A stretch of DNA of 55,541 nucleotides from assembly GCA_031366795.1 (NCBI GenBank), contig JANLOX010000121.1:1-55541 (forward strand). The letters are read 5' to 3'. A program made the position numbers and the translations under genes. Positions 51,774 to 55,541 of the stretch are shown in pieces. Positions within the stretch are counted from its first letter, which is position 1. Every line of letters starts with the position of its first letter. The DNA comes from Candidatus Eiseniibacteriota bacterium (GTDB lineage Bacteria > Eisenbacteria > RBG-16-71-46). The notes below the pieces were generated by a model. That model made no database searches. It saw only the letters and a list, made by a program, of their open reading frames with translations, and had not been told where the DNA came from.

Positions 51774-53299
51774 GACTCGTGGACCTGTTGGATCCCACGG
51801 TCGCGCCCTCGTGGAGCGGGAATCCGGATCTCGAGGTAACGGGCCTGGCCTATGACTCGCGCAAGGTATGCCCGGGCGATTTGTTTTTCGCCCTGCCGGG
51901 GCAGCATCACGACGGCAGCGCCTTCGCGATGCAAGCGCTCGAACGCGGTGCCGCGGCGGTGATCTGCGAAGCCGAACTCGCTTCCCCTGCCTCCACGCAG
52001 ATCCGTGTGACCGACGCGCGGCTCACGATGGCCGCCGCCGCTTGCCGCTTCCATGGCCATCCCTCGCGCGCGCTCAAGGTCGTTGCGGTCACGGGGACGA
52101 ATGGCAAGACCACGACCACCTACCTGCTCGAATCGGTGTTCCGCGCCGCCGGCCTGCGCGCCGGCGTGATCGGCACCACGGGCATTCGCATCGATGGCGA
52201 ATCGCGGCCCAGCGCCTTCACGACGCCCGAAGCGCCGGAGCTGCAGGGCACGCTTGCCGAGATGCGTGATCGCGGCGTGCAGGCGGTGGCGATCGAGGCG
52301 AGCAGCCATGCGCTGGCGCAGCGCCGCACCTGGGGGCTCGAGTGCGATGCCTGCGTGTTCACCAACCTGACGCAGGATCACCTCGACTACCACGGCACCA
52401 TGGACGAGTACCTCGATGCCAAGCTGCGGCTGTTCGATGGGCGCAACGGAGCGAGGGCCAAGCGCGCGACGGCGGTGGTGAGTGCCGACGACGCCAGCGG
52501 TGAGCGCGTCATCGCGGCGGCCCGTTCGAACGGCAGCCCAACGCTGCGCTATGGGCTCGACCCGGGTGCCTCAGGTGCTGGGCCTTTGCCGGAGTTCGCC
52601 ATCCACGACATCGCGTTGAACTCAACCGGCGTGGCCATGCGACTTGAAGTCTCCGGGGCCGCCGCGGGTGCGTCCGCGGGCGCCGCCGGTTCGCACGCCA
52701 TTCAGCTCCCATTGCTCGGGCGCTACAACGCCTCCAACGCCGCCGCGGCATTCGCTGCCGCGTGCGCGCTCGGCCTGGACGCGGACCCGATCCGGCGCGG
52801 CCTCGAAGCCACGCCGGGCGTTCCCGGCCGCCTCGAACGCATCGACGTGGGCCAGCCCTTCAGCGTGGTCGTGGACTACGCGCACACGCCGGACGCGCTC
52901 GAGCGCTCGCTGGCCGCCTGCCGCGAGCACGCCACGGGACAAGTGCTCGCGGTGTTCGGCTGTGGGGGAGACCGCGATCGCGGCAAGCGTCCGCTGATGG
53001 GTGCCATCGCCGAACGCCTGGCCGACCGTTGCTGGATCACCAACGACAATCCGCGCAGCGAGCCTCCCGCCGCGATTGCGCGCGATATCGCCGCCGGCAT
53101 GTCGCGCTCGCCGCGCATCGTGCTCGACCGGCAGGACGCGATCGCCGAGGCCATCGCCACAGCGGCTGCTCACGACATCGTGATCATCGCGGGCAAGGGG
53201 CATGAGACCACGCAGACGGTGGGCGAGCGCGTGCTGCCGTTCGACGACCGCGAGGTGGCGCGTTCCATCCTGCGCGCGCGCGCCGGGACAGGGCGATGA
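51770..53299 (+). CDS. murE: UDP-MurNAc-L-Ala-D-Glu--meso-diaminopimelate ligase
   Basis: DSRKV, TGTNGKTT, TTPE, EASSHAL, NLTQDHLDYH, DYAHTPD, DNPRSE (DAP-type), GKGHE. Confidence 0.96.
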   Translation: MRLVDLLDPTVAPSWSGNPDLEVTGLAYDSRKVCPGDLFFALPGQHHDGSAFAMQALERGAAAVICEAELASPASTQIRVTDARLTMAAAACRFHGHPSRALKVVAVTGTNGKTTTTYLLESVFRAAGLRAGVIGTTGIRIDGESRPSAFTTPEAPELQGTLAEMRDRGVQAVAIEASSHALAQRRTWGLECDACVFTNLTQDHLDYHGTMDEYLDAKLRLFDGRNGARAKRATAVVSADDASGERVIAAARSNGSPTLRYGLDPGASGAGPLPEFAIHDIALNSTGVAMRLEVSGAAAGASAGAAGSHAIQLPLLGRYNASNAAAAFAAACALGLDADPIRRGLEATPGVPGRLERIDVGQPFSVVVDYAHTPDALERSLAACREHATGQVLAVFGCGGDRDRGKRPLMGAIAERLADRCWITNDNPRSEPPAAIARDIAAGMSRSPRIVLDRQDAIAEAIATAAAHDIVIIAGKGHETTQTVGERVLPFDDREVARSILRARAGTGR

Positions 53300-54687
53300 G
53301 CGTGGCCACCGCACCCGGTGCCATCGCGCTGAACGACGTGGTCGCCTGGACGGGCGGCCGCCTGCGCCTGCCTGCGGGCGCTGATGCGAGCGCGCTGCGC
53401 GTGGCCGGCGCCTCGATCGATACGCGCACGCTGGAGCGGGGCGCCCTGTTCGTGCCGCTTCCGGGCGAACACGTAGAGGGTCACGAGTTCATCACGCGCG
53501 CCTTCGAGCGTGGGGCCGGCGCCGCGTTGTGCCTTGCCGCGCGCGCGAATGCCTGGGGTGAGACGCCGCCCGGACCGCTGGTGCTCGTCGATGACGTCAC
53601 CTCGGCGCTGCAGGCGGTGGCCGCGCGGCACCGTGCAAGCTGGGACGGTTGGATGGTGGGAGTGACCGGCAGCGCCGGCAAGACCACGACCAAAGAACTC
53701 GTGGCGCTGGCGCTCGCGAGCGACCGGCCGACGCTGCGCACCGAGGGCAATCTCAACAACCACTGGGGCGTCCCGCTGACGCTGCTGCGGCTGTCGCCGG
53801 AACATCGCGCGGCCGTCATCGAGATGGGCATGAGCCATCCCGGCGAGATCGCGACGCTGGCGGCGATCAGCCGCCCGCAGGCCGCGGTGATCACGCTGGT
53901 GGGGGCGGGGCACATGCACGCCTTCTCGGGTATCGAGGCCGTCGCCCACGAGAAGACAGCGCTGGCGCGCGCGCTTGCCGCTGGCGCGCCGGTGTTCGCG
54001 GGCGCGGACAGCCCGCCGCTGCTCGCGGCCCTTGCGAGCGCTCCGCAACGCGTCATCACCTATGGCTTGAGCGCCCTCGCGCACGTGCGTCCGCGCACGG
54101 TCGTCGATCTCGGTGCAGCGGGTTCGCGCATTGAAGTCGATGGCTTCCCGCCGTGTCACCTGCGGCTCGTTGGCCGCCATCAGGTCGCCAACGCCATGGC
54201 CGCCTACGCCGTGGCGCGGGAACTGAAACTGGATCCACGCGGCGTCGTCGCGGCATTGGAGACGCACCTGGGGGCCAAGGGGCGGATGGAAATCCGCTCA
54301 CTGCGGGGTGCCACGGTGTTGCTCGACTGCTACAACTCGAATCCCGAATCGGCGGCCGCCGCACTCGAGACGCTGGCGAACTGGCCGGGGGCGACGCGAC
54401 GCATCGCGGTGCTCGGCGACATGCTCGAGCTCGGCGCGCATGCGGTGCGCCTGCACACGCAGACCGGCGCGGCGGTGCGCAACGCCGAGTTGTGGACGCT
54501 GGGCGAGCACGCGGCCGCCACGGCGGTGGGTGCTCGAGGTCACGCAACGCAGGTTCGCATCTTCGCTACCCAGGCCGAGGTTTCGGCTGCGCTCGACGCG
54601 GTACTGGAACCGGGCACGGTGGTGTTGCTCAAGGCCTCGCGCGGGGTCGCACTCGAGCACGTGCTCGACGGACGGGAAGGGGCTTAG
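53296..54687 (+). CDS. murF: UDP-MurNAc-tripeptide--D-Ala-D-Ala ligase
   Basis: IDTR, TGSAGKTTTKE, NLNNHWGVP, EMGMSHPGEI, DCYNSNPES, GDMLELG, KASRG. Confidence 0.96.
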   Translation: MSVATAPGAIALNDVVAWTGGRLRLPAGADASALRVAGASIDTRTLERGALFVPLPGEHVEGHEFITRAFERGAGAALCLAARANAWGETPPGPLVLVDDVTSALQAVAARHRASWDGWMVGVTGSAGKTTTKELVALALASDRPTLRTEGNLNNHWGVPLTLLRLSPEHRAAVIEMGMSHPGEIATLAAISRPQAAVITLVGAGHMHAFSGIEAVAHEKTALARALAAGAPVFAGADSPPLLAALASAPQRVITYGLSALAHVRPRTVVDLGAAGSRIEVDGFPPCHLRLVGRHQVANAMAAYAVARELKLDPRGVVAALETHLGAKGRMEIRSLRGATVLLDCYNSNPESAAAALETLANWPGATRRIAVLGDMLELGAHAVRLHTQTGAAVRNAELWTLGEHAAATAVGARGHATQVRIFATQAEVSAALDAVLEPGTVVLLKASRGVALEHVLDGREGA

Positions 54688-54689
54688 GG

Positions 54690-55541
54690 GTGTTCTACGA
54701 ATGGGTCTATCCGCTGCACACGATCCCCGGACTCGGGGCGTTGAACGTTTTCCGCTACATCACCTTCCGCGCCGCCTATGCCGCGATCACGGCGCTGCTC
54801 GTGTGCTTCGTGCTGGGCCCGCCGATGATCGAGTGGCTGCGCCGCGTAAAGCTTGGGCAGAAGATCCGCGCCGAAGGGCCGCAGGCGCACCTGGCCAAAG
54901 CCGGCACGCCGACGATGGGCGGGCTGCTGATTGTGCTGGCGATCGTGGTGCCCTCGCTGATGTGGGGCAACCTGCACTCGCGCTCGCTGTGGCTGGCGTT
55001 GTTCTCGACCGTGTGGCTCGGGGGCCTGGGCTTCCTCGACGATTACCTGCGCGTGGTGAAGGGCTATCCCAAGGGATTGCTCGGACGCTACAAGTTGATC
55101 GGGCAGGTGGTGTGCGGGCTGGCGCTCGGGCTGATCATCGTGATGTTCCCGGAGAAGGGCCTGCCGGCGACGATGACGCATGTGCCGTTCCTCAAGTTCC
55201 GCTTCTTTGACTTCGGGCTGTTGTACGTGCCCTTCATCGTGTTCGTGGTCACGGCATCCTCCAACGCCGTCAACCTGACCGACGGACTCGATGGCCTGGC
55301 CTCTGGATTGGTGGCCATCGCGGCGTTGACCTTCGCCGGGCTGTGCTATCTCGGTGGACATGCGAAGTTCAGCGAATACCTGAATATCAGCTTCCTGGCG
55401 TACAGCGGAGAATTGACCATTTTTTGCGCCGCCGTATTGGGGGCATCACTCGGCTTTCTCTGGTACAACTGTCACCCTGCCAATGTCTTCATGGGCGATA
55501 CCGGCTCGCTGGCGTTGGGAGGGGCACTCGGAACGGTCGCC
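54690..55541 (+). CDS. mraY: Phospho-N-acetylmuramoyl-pentapeptide transferase, 3'-partial
   Basis: Not in the ORF track because it has no stop in the window. GTG 54690 gives MFYEWVYP..NVFRYITFR, KAGTPTMGG, GFLDDY, NAVNLTDGLDGL, FLWYN.HPANVFMGDTGSLALG. Confidence 0.96.
   Translation, partial: MFYEWVYPLHTIPGLGALNVFRYITFRAAYAAITALLVCFVLGPPMIEWLRRVKLGQKIRAEGPQAHLAKAGTPTMGGLLIVLAIVVPSLMWGNLHSRSLWLALFSTVWLGGLGFLDDYLRVVKGYPKGLLGRYKLIGQVVCGLALGLIIVMFPEKGLPATMTHVPFLKFRFFDFGLLYVPFIVFVVTASSNAVNLTDGLDGLASGLVAIAALTFAGLCYLGGHAKFSEYLNISFLAYSGELTIFCAAVLGASLGFLWYNCHPANVFMGDTGSLALGGALGTVA

Overview
GC-rich bacterial chromosome segment in which every credible gene lies on the + strand. Arg-terminating FlgD/T9SS-like C-terminal sorting domains, a PorZ-like protein and a DUF2723 protein point to a diderm FCB-related lineage such as Candidatus Eisenbacteria (inference only). 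Gene order: (1) a 5'-truncated giant secreted protein of at least 3665 aa with beta-helix/NIDO-like domains, 24 InlB-B-like Ig repeats and a C-terminal sorting domain; (2) a decayed membrane-protein remnant, tRNA-Lys(TTT), an orphan zinc-finger anti-sigma gene and an outer-membrane beta-barrel; (3) a sigma70 promoter and FMN riboswitch heading ribD-ribE-ribBA-ribH-nusB, which runs almost without gaps into a ~29 kb surface-glycosylation locus (4 GT-C-type membrane transferases including a TMEM260/DUF2723-TPR protein, 3 GT2, 5 GT4-like, 2 flippase-type proteins, HddA/HddC-like enzymes, AsnB-like amidotransferase, methyltransferases, GNAT, PorZ-like propeller); (4) the start of the dcw cluster (mraZ, an inserted STAS gene, rsmH, ftsL, ftsI, murE, murF, partial mraY). 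The best candidate for an undescribed system is a polyprenol-phosphate-sugar/GT-C protein O-glycosylation and anchoring pathway linked to CTD-sorted cargo. The neighbouring giant protein carries D-T-A/T sequons at a fixed repeat position and a CxxCH insertion in one repeat. All family assignments come from motif recognition by eye, not database searches.
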